The position numbers were made by a program, and so were the translations under genes. A DNA stretch of 64,000 nt from a virus, in IMG/VR virus record IMGVR_UViG_3300019776_000461, positions 20,703-84,702 of that record. The stretch is one strand, 5' to 3'. Shown in pieces: positions 19,621-27,662 of the stretch. Position 1 is the stretch's first letter, and each line of letters starts with the position of its first letter. Below the pieces are notes generated by a model, which was not told the DNA's origin, did no database searches, and saw only the letters and a program-made list of their open reading frames with translations.

Positions 19621-20196
19621 ATGAAAACAAAAATAAGTCATGTAAACGGTAAGTATGACTTAGAAAGTGGCTCCGCCTTATGCGAAGTGTTTTGTTTTCC
19701 AAATGGGGAATCCCATCAAGAATTGTTTGAAAATGGTTGGTTACCAACCCGTGATGGAAAGTGGTATCAGTCTAGATCATCGAGAGTAAAAATCGAACCT
19801 ATTTCTGGCAACAGAAGGCGTAAGTTGAAAAAGATAAACATATCAACTAACGGTGATTATAAACAGATATTAGAAAGATGTAAACATTTATACCCTGCTG
19901 TAATCTTAGATGAGGTAGCGTATACTGTTTCATTTCCACACGAAATATATTATTTCAACGATTCTGTTTTTGCGATATTGCTTTGGTTTGATAATATACC
20001 ATTCGTATCTACCTTAATTGGTGGTCGATTGGATAAGAACGGTGTTACACCGATGGTTCATTACTTCTTCTTGGAGAAGTTACGTGAGCATTCTTATCCA
20101 TATATGTACATTTCAGAGTGGTATGATGAATTCGCATATAAGGCAGAATTGCCTGGTTTTGAGTGGTGGGACGGTGAAAAATGGGTTATAAAATAA
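19621..20196 (+). CDS. Putative aminoacyl-tRNA--protein transferase (Bpt/Ate1-like)
   Basis: ELFENGW near the N-terminus and C-terminal YPYMYISEWY...AYKAELPGFEWWDGEKW resemble the Bpt/ATE C-terminal Y.YLGYWI...M.YK...P.E....W motif. Confidence 0.5.
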   Translation: MKTKISHVNGKYDLESGSALCEVFCFPNGESHQELFENGWLPTRDGKWYQSRSSRVKIEPISGNRRRKLKKINISTNGDYKQILERCKHLYPAVILDEVAYTVSFPHEIYYFNDSVFAILLWFDNIPFVSTLIGGRLDKNGVTPMVHYFFLEKLREHSYPYMYISEWYDEFAYKAELPGFEWWDGEKWVIK

Positions 20197-20222
20197 TTTT
20201 GTTAAAACCCAATTTTTTTAAT

Positions 20223-20260
20223 CAAAACCATATACTTATTTGTGTATGGTTTTGTTTTTT
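20223..20260 (+). terminator. Rho-independent terminator
   Basis: CAAAACCATATAC-TTATTT-GTGTATGGTTTTG (13 bp, one G-U) followed by T6. Confidence 0.7.
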
Positions 20261-20304
20261 ACAATAAAAATGACGTTTTCAATAAAAAAATGATGGAGAT
20301 AAAA

Positions 20305-22158
20305 ATGGATATTAGTAATCGAATTCTTTCTGAAATAACTGTGTATATGAAATACGCTCGTTATTTACCAGAATTGAATAGAAGAGAAACTTGGAATGAG
20401 TTAGTAACAAGAAACAAAGAAATGCACCAACGTAAGTACCCACAGTTAGTAGACGAAATTGAAAACGTCTATAAGTTCGTTTACGATAAAAAGGTACTTC
20501 CATCAATGCGTTCACTTCAGTTTGGTGGTAAACCAATTGAAATTTCACCTAATCGTATTTACAATTGTGCTTATTTGCCTATTGATGATTGGCGTGCATT
20601 CGGTGAAGTAATGTTTCTTTTACTCGGTGGAACTGGCGTAGGTTACTCAGTTCAAAAGCACCACGTAGAACAACTTCCACCTATCCATAAACCAAAATCC
20701 AAAGAACGTCGTTATCTTATTGGAGATTCAATTGAAGGTTGGGCAGATGCAGTTAAAGCACTTGTTAAGTCTTATTTCACAGGTGGTTCATCGATTCACT
20801 TTGATTATTCAGATATTCGTCAGAAAGGTTCTCGTTTAATTACAAGTGGTGGTAAAGCTCCTGGTCCAGAACCGCTTCGTATTTGTATTGAGAAAATTCG
20901 TGCTATTCTTGACTTGAAAGGCGATGGTGAACAACTTTCACCGATTGAAGTACATGATATTGTTTGTCATGTTGCAGACGCAGTTCTTGCAGGTGGTATT
21001 CGTCGTGCTGCTCTCATTTCTCTTTTCTCTGCTGATGATGACGATATGATTTCATGTAAGTTTGGAAATTGGTGGGAATTGAATCCGCAACGTGGTAGAG
21101 CAAATAATTCAGCAGTTCTTCTTCGTAGTAAAGTATCTGAAGAATTTTTCAAATCACTTTGGAAGAAAATAGAATTATCTAATGCAGGTGAACCTGGTAT
21201 TTATCTTTCAAACGATAAAGATTGGGGAACAAACCCATGTTGTGAAATTGCACTTCGTCCATTTCAATTTTGTAACTTATGTGAAGTAAATGTATCAGAT
21301 GTTGTTGACCAAGAAGATTTAGAAGCAAGAGTTCGTGCTGCTACATTCATTGGTACACTTCAAGCTGGTTATACAGACTTCCATTATCTTCGCCCTATTT
21401 GGCAAAGAACTACCGAGAAAGACGCATTACTTGGAGTTGGTATGACAGGTATTGGTTCTGGTAAAGTAATGAAAATGGATTTAAAAGCAGCAACTAAAGT
21501 ATCAAGAGAAGAAAATGAAAGAGTTGCTTCCATACTTGGTATTAACAAATCTGCTCGTACAACTACAATTAAACCAGCAGGTACATCATCTTTAACTCTT
21601 GGGTGTTCATCTGGTATTCATGCATGGCACAATGATTTTTATTTACGTAGAGTTCGTGTTGGAAAGAATGAATCAATTTATTCTTATCTTGCAATCAATC
21701 ACCCAGAGTTGGTTGAAGATGAATACTTCCGTCCACACGATACTGCGGTAATTGGTGTTCCACAAAAAGCCCCCGAACACTCAATACTTCGTAGTGAATC
21801 ACCATTACAATTATTAGAAAGAGTAAAATGGTTTAACCAAAATTGGATTAAGCCAGGTCATCGCACTGGTATGAACACTCATAATATTTCTGCAACAGTT
21901 TCTATTCGTGAACATGAATGGGATGCGGTAGGTAATTGGATGTGGGAAAACAAAGAACACTTCAACGGTTTATCAGTATTACCATATGATGGTGGAACAT
22001 ATATTCAAGCTCCTTTTGAAGATATTACAAAAGAAGAGTACGAAAGATTATTAGAAACTTTACATGATGTTGATTTATCAAAGATTGTAGAAATGGATGA
22101 TAATACTGATTTGTCTGGCGAACTTGCTTGTGCAGGTGGTGCGTGTGAAATTAAATAG
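20305..22158 (+). CDS. nrdJ: Class II (adenosylcobalamin-dependent) ribonucleotide reductase
   Basis: NCAY, GGIRRAALI, NPCCEI, FCNL, KPAGTSS and C-terminal ACAGGACE; no beta subunit nearby; start after GGAG. Confidence 0.88.
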   Translation: MDISNRILSEITVYMKYARYLPELNRRETWNELVTRNKEMHQRKYPQLVDEIENVYKFVYDKKVLPSMRSLQFGGKPIEISPNRIYNCAYLPIDDWRAFGEVMFLLLGGTGVGYSVQKHHVEQLPPIHKPKSKERRYLIGDSIEGWADAVKALVKSYFTGGSSIHFDYSDIRQKGSRLITSGGKAPGPEPLRICIEKIRAILDLKGDGEQLSPIEVHDIVCHVADAVLAGGIRRAALISLFSADDDDMISCKFGNWWELNPQRGRANNSAVLLRSKVSEEFFKSLWKKIELSNAGEPGIYLSNDKDWGTNPCCEIALRPFQFCNLCEVNVSDVVDQEDLEARVRAATFIGTLQAGYTDFHYLRPIWQRTTEKDALLGVGMTGIGSGKVMKMDLKAATKVSREENERVASILGINKSARTTTIKPAGTSSLTLGCSSGIHAWHNDFYLRRVRVGKNESIYSYLAINHPELVEDEYFRPHDTAVIGVPQKAPEHSILRSESPLQLLERVKWFNQNWIKPGHRTGMNTHNISATVSIREHEWDAVGNWMWENKEHFNGLSVLPYDGGTYIQAPFEDITKEEYERLLETLHDVDLSKIVEMDDNTDLSGELACAGGACEIK

Positions 22159-22164
22159 TTAAAG

Positions 22165-22512
22165 GTGTTATAGTTCTTTGGAATAATGAAGGAGTATAGT
22201 TATGGATATTACATCATTTTTTATGGGTATATGTGCAGTTACAGTTTTAACAGCAGTTGCAGTTGTAGTTGTGGGTATGTTCAGAATAAACAAAACAAAC
22301 AAAGAACTAAATGATTTAGTTAGAAACCAAGATACGATGGATAGAATTATTGTTGATAATGAAAGAGAAATCAGAAGAACAATAGATTCCAGAATTGACA
22401 GTTTCGGTTCAAAGATTGAAAAAGAAATAAAATTCTTACATGAAAGAATTGATGGATTGAATAAAGTAAAATAAATAATAATTTTTAAAATGAATCCATA
22501 GAACTATAACAC
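22165..22512. repeat. 18-bp inverted repeat (17/18) flanking ORF 22202-22474
   Basis: GTGTTATAGTTCTTTGGA (22165-22182) vs TCCATAGAACTATAACAC (22495-22512). Confidence 0.8.
22202..22474 (+). CDS. Small membrane-anchored coiled-coil protein
   Basis: N-terminal hydrophobic helix then charged heptads; AAGGAG RBS. Confidence 0.7.
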   Translation: MDITSFFMGICAVTVLTAVAVVVVGMFRINKTNKELNDLVRNQDTMDRIIVDNEREIRRTIDSRIDSFGSKIEKEIKFLHERIDGLNKVK

Positions 22513-22541
22513 ACATTTTTTTATAAGTTAGGAGACTTGTT

Positions 22542-22727
22542 ATGACTAAACAAGAATTGTTTGAACAGATTTCAAATTTGTTCAATGAGTTTGTGGTAGC
22601 CCACAACTCAACAAAAAAGAAAGACGCTGCGATTGCTCGTAAAGCAGCAGGTGGGATTAAGAAATTAATTACACCTTATAATCAAGCTTCTGTGGCGGAA
22701 GCCAAAGAAGCAAAATCATCTAATTAA
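22542..22727 (+). CDS. Histone H1-like (Hc1 family) small basic protein
   Basis: KKDAAIARKAAGGIKKLITPYNQASV resembles the Hc1 KAAGTRARKASLELEKL...RK.SV pattern. Confidence 0.55.
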   Translation: MTKQELFEQISNLFNEFVVAHNSTKKKDAAIARKAAGGIKKLITPYNQASVAEAKEAKSSN

Positions 22728-22759
22728 TTTTTTCAATGTTATTTTAGGAGGTTGTTATT

Positions 22760-23176
22760 ATGTTAACCAATTCAATTCTTAAACGAGAGAATGATTTGTT
22801 TAATGAACTCGTGAACAGTTTATCTCGTCCAGTTAGTTTACTACACACAGGAAAAGGATTAAAATCATCCGTTGATTTTAATAATTGGACACACGCTATT
22901 GCCAATGAAAACTCATTGGATATTTATGCAGAAGTTCCTGGCTTCTCAAAGGAAGACATTAGTATTACTGTAAAAGAAAAGCTGCTTCGCATCGAAGGTA
23001 AAAGAAAAGGAGTAAATCAATTTGTTACAGAGAAAACTCTAAAATTGAATTATGAACTTTCTAAACCATACGATGTAAAAGGTATTACCGCATCAGTTGA
23101 AAACGGTATTCTTCATGTTTCTGTTCCAAATATAAAACCGGCAGAGCCCGAAGAAGTAACTATTAAAATTAAATAA
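22760..23176 (+). CDS. Small heat shock protein (Hsp20)
   Basis: AEVPGFSKEDISI...LRIEGKR...ASVENGILHVSVP alpha-crystallin signature. Confidence 0.9.
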   Translation: MLTNSILKRENDLFNELVNSLSRPVSLLHTGKGLKSSVDFNNWTHAIANENSLDIYAEVPGFSKEDISITVKEKLLRIEGKRKGVNQFVTEKTLKLNYELSKPYDVKGITASVENGILHVSVPNIKPAEPEEVTIKIK

Positions 23177-23193
23177 GGTTAGATGAAACAAAT

Positions 23194-23221
23194 GGGGTGG
23201 TGGAAACATCACCCTTTTTTA
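23194..23221 (+). terminator. Rho-independent terminator
   Basis: GGGTGGTG-GAAA-CATCACCC followed by a T run. Confidence 0.85.
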
Positions 23222-23287
23222 TTTATTCCATATTTATATTTACAATAGTATTTTTCACATCAAGGCAAATATAAATGGGATGGCGTA

Positions 23288-23494
23288 ATGTCAGGAAAAA
23301 AACAAAGAGAATACAGAAGTGTATTGGCAAAAATATGTTTAGTACTTGGGACATTCTTCAATCCTCTTGGATTCGATGCGGCATTTGCTTTAGTGATGAA
23401 ATTTACAGAGAGCTACATACTTACCGATATTATATTTTACTCGGTAGCTCTATTATTTTTTGGACTTTATTTTATCTTATCTCGTAGGAGTTAA
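23288..23494 (+). CDS. Small two-TM membrane protein
   Basis: Two hydrophobic segments around FFNPLGFD; downstream of TATTTATA at 23231. Confidence 0.65.
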   Translation: MSGKKQREYRSVLAKICLVLGTFFNPLGFDAAFALVMKFTESYILTDIIFYSVALLFFGLYFILSRRS

Positions 23495-23496
23495 AA

Positions 23497-23850
23497 ATGA
23501 ACATATCATCAAGAAAACAACTGTTAGCAGAAGCAGGTGATGTATTAAAACAGATTCGTGAAGAAGTTGAAGGCATCGATAAAAAAGTAGAAACTGCTGT
23601 TAAAAAAATGACTAAGTGCTGTGAAGAAGACAAAGATTTAGTATCTGGCTTAGTTGAACTTGCAAAATTAGTTGGTGATAAAAAATACCAAAAAGTATTA
23701 GAAGCTATAAAAGATATTGAAAAAGCAGAAGAAGGTAGACACTATTTCATAGATCAATACATAGCAGAGATTCAAAAGATCTTATTATCTACTGCAAAAG
23801 AACAATTTAGCTCACAAGAGTTCGGTGTAATATATTCTGCAATCGGTTAA
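23497..23850 (+). CDS. Hypothetical protein
   Basis: 117-aa ORF with AGGAG RBS. Confidence 0.7.
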   Translation: MNISSRKQLLAEAGDVLKQIREEVEGIDKKVETAVKKMTKCCEEDKDLVSGLVELAKLVGDKKYQKVLEAIKDIEKAEEGRHYFIDQYIAEIQKILLSTAKEQFSSQEFGVIYSAIG

Positions 23851-23886
23851 GTACAAATCGTTACATTATAAAACAATAGGATAACA

Positions 23887-26583
23887 ATGGCAAGACGTAA
23901 GGTTATATATGCAAATGGAGTTCAAGTTGAAGAAGAATTCTTACCCCAAGGTCCAAATGGTGCTGTGCTTTGGAATGGGAAAGAATATGGTACTGCAGAA
24001 AAAACAGGTATGCAAGCACTCAATGAAAAGGGTGAGTTAGTTGATGTATATAACATAACTGATATACCATCGTGTGATACAACTCTTTGGAAACAAGTAA
24101 GTAAGACATATAGACAGGATGTACTTAAAGATAGACCAGTTGGTTTCTTTAAGTATAGACTAAAACTCATATATGATAAAGCTAATCAGAGACTAAAAGA
24201 AACTCCAAACTATCCATTGAATATTGACTTCACACAACCTACCGCTCAAATAAAACAAGTTATACTTATAGATAATCTACGTGAAACCGCTTTAATTGAG
24301 GGGTTTCACTATACAGTTTCAGGAAGGGGATATGTTTGGTTTAATGGTACTTGGCCTTATCCAGAAATAAAAATGATGGTTGACTGGATAGATACAACTA
24401 CTAAAGAAGCGAAAACATCAGAGTACATAACAAACCCAGTTTTAGATAATGGATATGGTGGTGCAGCAGAGAAACGAAGTAACACATTCACAATAACTCA
24501 AAGCGGTCAGTCAGCCTTATTTTCTGAGAACTTAAATTTTGTTGCAAGTTTATATGGAACTCCTGGAATAAATTCAATTATTTCAAGTAACCCACTCGGT
24601 ATGTGGAAAGAACCACTTATATATACTATCAATGAAGGCGAGTGTTTTGTTGAAGTTGACATAGACGGTACATTAAAGTATTTTGATTCAGACATGATTG
24701 AAACAACCGCACAAGAAATATTAGATAATAGTAGGTATGGTAATTCGCTTGCAACTGGTTTGAATCTTAATCATAAGAGTGTAACGGAGTTTAAAACTGG
24801 AGAATATATATCTGGTAAGCCTGCGATTGGTTTATTTCAAGTTGTTATTCCCGATGAACCAAGACTAAATTTTAATATTAAAAACAGTAATTTAACCGCA
24901 TTATCTGGTATAGAATATGTAACTGTAAAACCAAAAGGTTCTGCTTTCAGAACATATTTATCCATACCAGTTAACACACCAGATACCGCTCTTGATGTTG
25001 GTACAACATTTTATGTTGATAACAGAAGAATAGAACCAGTTCCATATAGAAGATGTTTTGAAGGACTTAGAACTGAGTATGTTATACGAGAAGAATTTGA
25101 AGTGTTGTGGGAAAGAGAACAACCATGTATTTCTGATATAGCAAATCCACCTGTTATGCAATATTCTTCTAGTATAGAAACGGAAGAAATTTTAATAGTT
25201 GATTGGGAAGGACAACGTGCAAATAGAGAATTACCAGATTGTGAATGTTTACAAGTAAGAGTATTAAAAGAACCAGTTGAGGAACAAAATGATCAATGTG
25301 GTTGTAGGCAAATAACACGTGCAGACATATACACGATTTGTCCAGATACTATGAATGAAACTTTATACGCTCAATATGAATCTCGCATTAGAGTTGATGG
25401 TGGAACTACATTTTTAATTCCACCGCCTAATATGAGTCCAACACTAACGAGAATAGAAAAAGTAGAAAAATGTAAAGATAAACCAATGGACGAGCGAACT
25501 GAATTCGCATATCATAAAATTGATGCTAAAGATATTTTAATCGGTAATATGGAAAATGTTGTAACTGGTTTATTTAATATTTCTGGATCATTAGATTGTT
25601 ATGTAACTAATTCAATACAAACTGGATCAACGGATTATTACTATAATATAACAGGGTGTGATACTTGTGGAAGTGGTTCTTACTTTGCAGTTTCTTATGG
25701 TCACTATCAAGGTTCTGGATCAACATACGATTCTCAATACCAATATGAGTCACCATCAAAAGTAGTATACAGTCAGAATAAATTGATAGCCTTAGAGGAT
25801 ACTGAAACTAAATTCACTTTTTATAATACTGGTAGTGTTGAAACACCAAAAGATGTTTACTTCATAAGATTTTATCGTGAATCGTTTGATGATAGTTTAG
25901 ACCCAGGTAACTTTGAATTTTCATTACGAGAGTTAAATGGGAAGTTATACGCTAATAATGTTTATACTGGTAGTAATGTTGCAGTAAGTTCTTCTAATAA
26001 AATTATAACTCTTATAGATAACTCCGCTTATATTAATGAAAACATTTGTAAAGAAGACCCATATGCTTCTTATGATTTGGTGAGTGGTAGTTTAAGTAAC
26101 GGTGCTTATATAACTGGCACTGGCAGTTTAGAAACAAACGCACAATATACGGTATATGGTAAAGTATATCCATCGCTTGGCTTAATAGCTTTGAACGGAA
26201 ATAGATTGAATCAGGAATTATCATTTAATAGTGTGAGTGGTAGTAATGTTGTTGGAGACAATTCATACAAATTATTTACTGCAATAAGTGGTGCTGCTTC
26301 TCTTGGTTATTCAATGAAGGCACGAAAAGTAAGAGATTATGGTGTATCCCATTATTTAATTAGAGTTCCACATTCTGAAGCAACTTTTACTAATAACCCA
26401 AGTTCACTAACAACAAATGGACGATTAAAATTTGAATGTATGGCACAAAATCCAACAACATACATTTCATCAATTGGTTTATATAATGACAATAAAGAAT
26501 TATTAGCTATTGCTAAATTCAATAGACCAGTTAGAAAAGAATACGATGATGATTTGTTTATAAAAATAAAAATGGCTAAATAA
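23887..26583 (+). CDS. Virion structural protein with C-terminal tail-collar-fibre-like motif
   Basis: C-terminal PTTYISSIGLYNDNKELLAIAKFNRPVRK resembles tail-fibre attachment (DUF3751-like) ends; S/G/T-rich, Cys clusters. Confidence 0.6.
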   Translation: MARRKVIYANGVQVEEEFLPQGPNGAVLWNGKEYGTAEKTGMQALNEKGELVDVYNITDIPSCDTTLWKQVSKTYRQDVLKDRPVGFFKYRLKLIYDKANQRLKETPNYPLNIDFTQPTAQIKQVILIDNLRETALIEGFHYTVSGRGYVWFNGTWPYPEIKMMVDWIDTTTKEAKTSEYITNPVLDNGYGGAAEKRSNTFTITQSGQSALFSENLNFVASLYGTPGINSIISSNPLGMWKEPLIYTINEGECFVEVDIDGTLKYFDSDMIETTAQEILDNSRYGNSLATGLNLNHKSVTEFKTGEYISGKPAIGLFQVVIPDEPRLNFNIKNSNLTALSGIEYVTVKPKGSAFRTYLSIPVNTPDTALDVGTTFYVDNRRIEPVPYRRCFEGLRTEYVIREEFEVLWEREQPCISDIANPPVMQYSSSIETEEILIVDWEGQRANRELPDCECLQVRVLKEPVEEQNDQCGCRQITRADIYTICPDTMNETLYAQYESRIRVDGGTTFLIPPPNMSPTLTRIEKVEKCKDKPMDERTEFAYHKIDAKDILIGNMENVVTGLFNISGSLDCYVTNSIQTGSTDYYYNITGCDTCGSGSYFAVSYGHYQGSGSTYDSQYQYESPSKVVYSQNKLIALEDTETKFTFYNTGSVETPKDVYFIRFYRESFDDSLDPGNFEFSLRELNGKLYANNVYTGSNVAVSSSNKIITLIDNSAYINENICKEDPYASYDLVSGSLSNGAYITGTGSLETNAQYTVYGKVYPSLGLIALNGNRLNQELSFNSVSGSNVVGDNSYKLFTAISGAASLGYSMKARKVRDYGVSHYLIRVPHSEATFTNNPSSLTTNGRLKFECMAQNPTTYISSIGLYNDNKELLAIAKFNRPVRKEYDDDLFIKIKMAK

Positions 26584-26614
26584 AAATAGACGGTAATATC
26601 TAAAATATTTTTCG

Positions 26615-26622
26615 TATATTTG
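26615..26622 (+). promoter_or_regulatory. TAnnTTTG (-7) promoter element upstream of the trx/TS-like operon
   Basis: TTCGTATATTTGTA, same context as other copies. Confidence 0.65.
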
Positions 26623-26643
26623 TATAAATAATTGATTTTCAAC

Positions 26644-26662
26644 CCGTGACAATTTGTCACGG
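26644..26662. promoter_or_regulatory. Perfect palindrome CCGTGACAA-T-TTGTCACGG (operator or hairpin)
   Basis: 9-bp arms between the promoter and the thioredoxin RBS. Confidence 0.5.
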
Positions 26663-26695
26663 TTTCACTACCATCTATTTTCTTAAAGGACGGAC

Positions 26696-26953
26696 ATGAT
26701 TACCGTTAAACATTACACAGCTTCTTGGTGTATGCCATGTAAACAACTTAAACCCATTATGAGTGAAATATTACTTAAACGGCCAAACATAAATTACAAA
26801 CTTATTGATGTGGATAATGATCCAGATGAAGCATCGATGTATGGTGTTCGTGGAGTTCCTACTGTGATATTTATGAAAGATGGTGTTGAAGTAAATAGAA
26901 TTACTGGTTTGGTTTCAAGAAAAAATTACGAAATGGCAATTGATAATTTATAA
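26696..26953 (+). CDS. trxA: Thioredoxin
   Basis: WCMPC active site; YGVRGVPT cis-Pro motif. Confidence 0.92.
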   Translation: MITVKHYTASWCMPCKQLKPIMSEILLKRPNINYKLIDVDNDPDEASMYGVRGVPTVIFMKDGVEVNRITGLVSRKNYEMAIDNL

Positions 26954-26962
26954 TGGTGAAGT

Positions 26963-27661
26963 ATGACAGTTATAGAAGCGGTTTCTCCCGGTGACGCTTG
27001 GGTAAAAGTTTCTAAGCATTTGTTAGAGAAAGGGGAAAAAGTCGGTGAACTAATTGAAGAATTAAATGTAATGATGGAAATTACTCAGTTTGAAAGTGAT
27101 GATTGGTTTGATTCACACTTCAGAGAAGTAATGGGTGATGATAGAATTGATTTTGCTTCTTCTGTTACTTTCGTAGAACCTAAACCAAAAAAACCAATTA
27201 ACGATTTCTTTCAAGTAGAAGAAGGATTGGAATACCAATTCATTAAAGATCATTGGCATCAGTCCTATTGGGGAAGAATGATTAGTTGGCAAGGTACATT
27301 TAATCAAGTAGAAAACGTTATTAAAATTTTGAAACAAGGTAAAGCAGTTAAACGTTGTGAGTTAATTATATTTGACCCATCACGTGATTCACGCAATCCA
27401 TATTCTCAACCTTGTATGTTGATGATTGACTTGAAGCCACGTAATGGTAAGTTGTATTTAACTTCTGTTCTACGTTCTAATCGTGTTTCTAAAAGTGGTT
27501 ATGCTGATTATTCTGCTTTAGTTAATATGGGTAAGTTCTTAGCTAAAGAAAGTGATTTAGAGTTGGGAAAGGTTAGTGTATTAGCTTGTTCCTGCCACAT
27601 CGGTAAGATGAACAATGAACTTAAAAAAACAAAAGAATTGTTAAACATACTCAATAAATAA
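26963..27661 (+). CDS. Divergent thymidylate synthase / dNMP hydroxymethylase-family protein
   Basis: SYWGRM, NQVENVIKIL, catalytic PC (QPCML), LRSNRVSKSGYADY, SCHI. Confidence 0.75.
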   Translation: MTVIEAVSPGDAWVKVSKHLLEKGEKVGELIEELNVMMEITQFESDDWFDSHFREVMGDDRIDFASSVTFVEPKPKKPINDFFQVEEGLEYQFIKDHWHQSYWGRMISWQGTFNQVENVIKILKQGKAVKRCELIIFDPSRDSRNPYSQPCMLMIDLKPRNGKLYLTSVLRSNRVSKSGYADYSALVNMGKFLAKESDLELGKVSVLACSCHIGKMNNELKKTKELLNILNK

Positions 27662-27662
27662 T

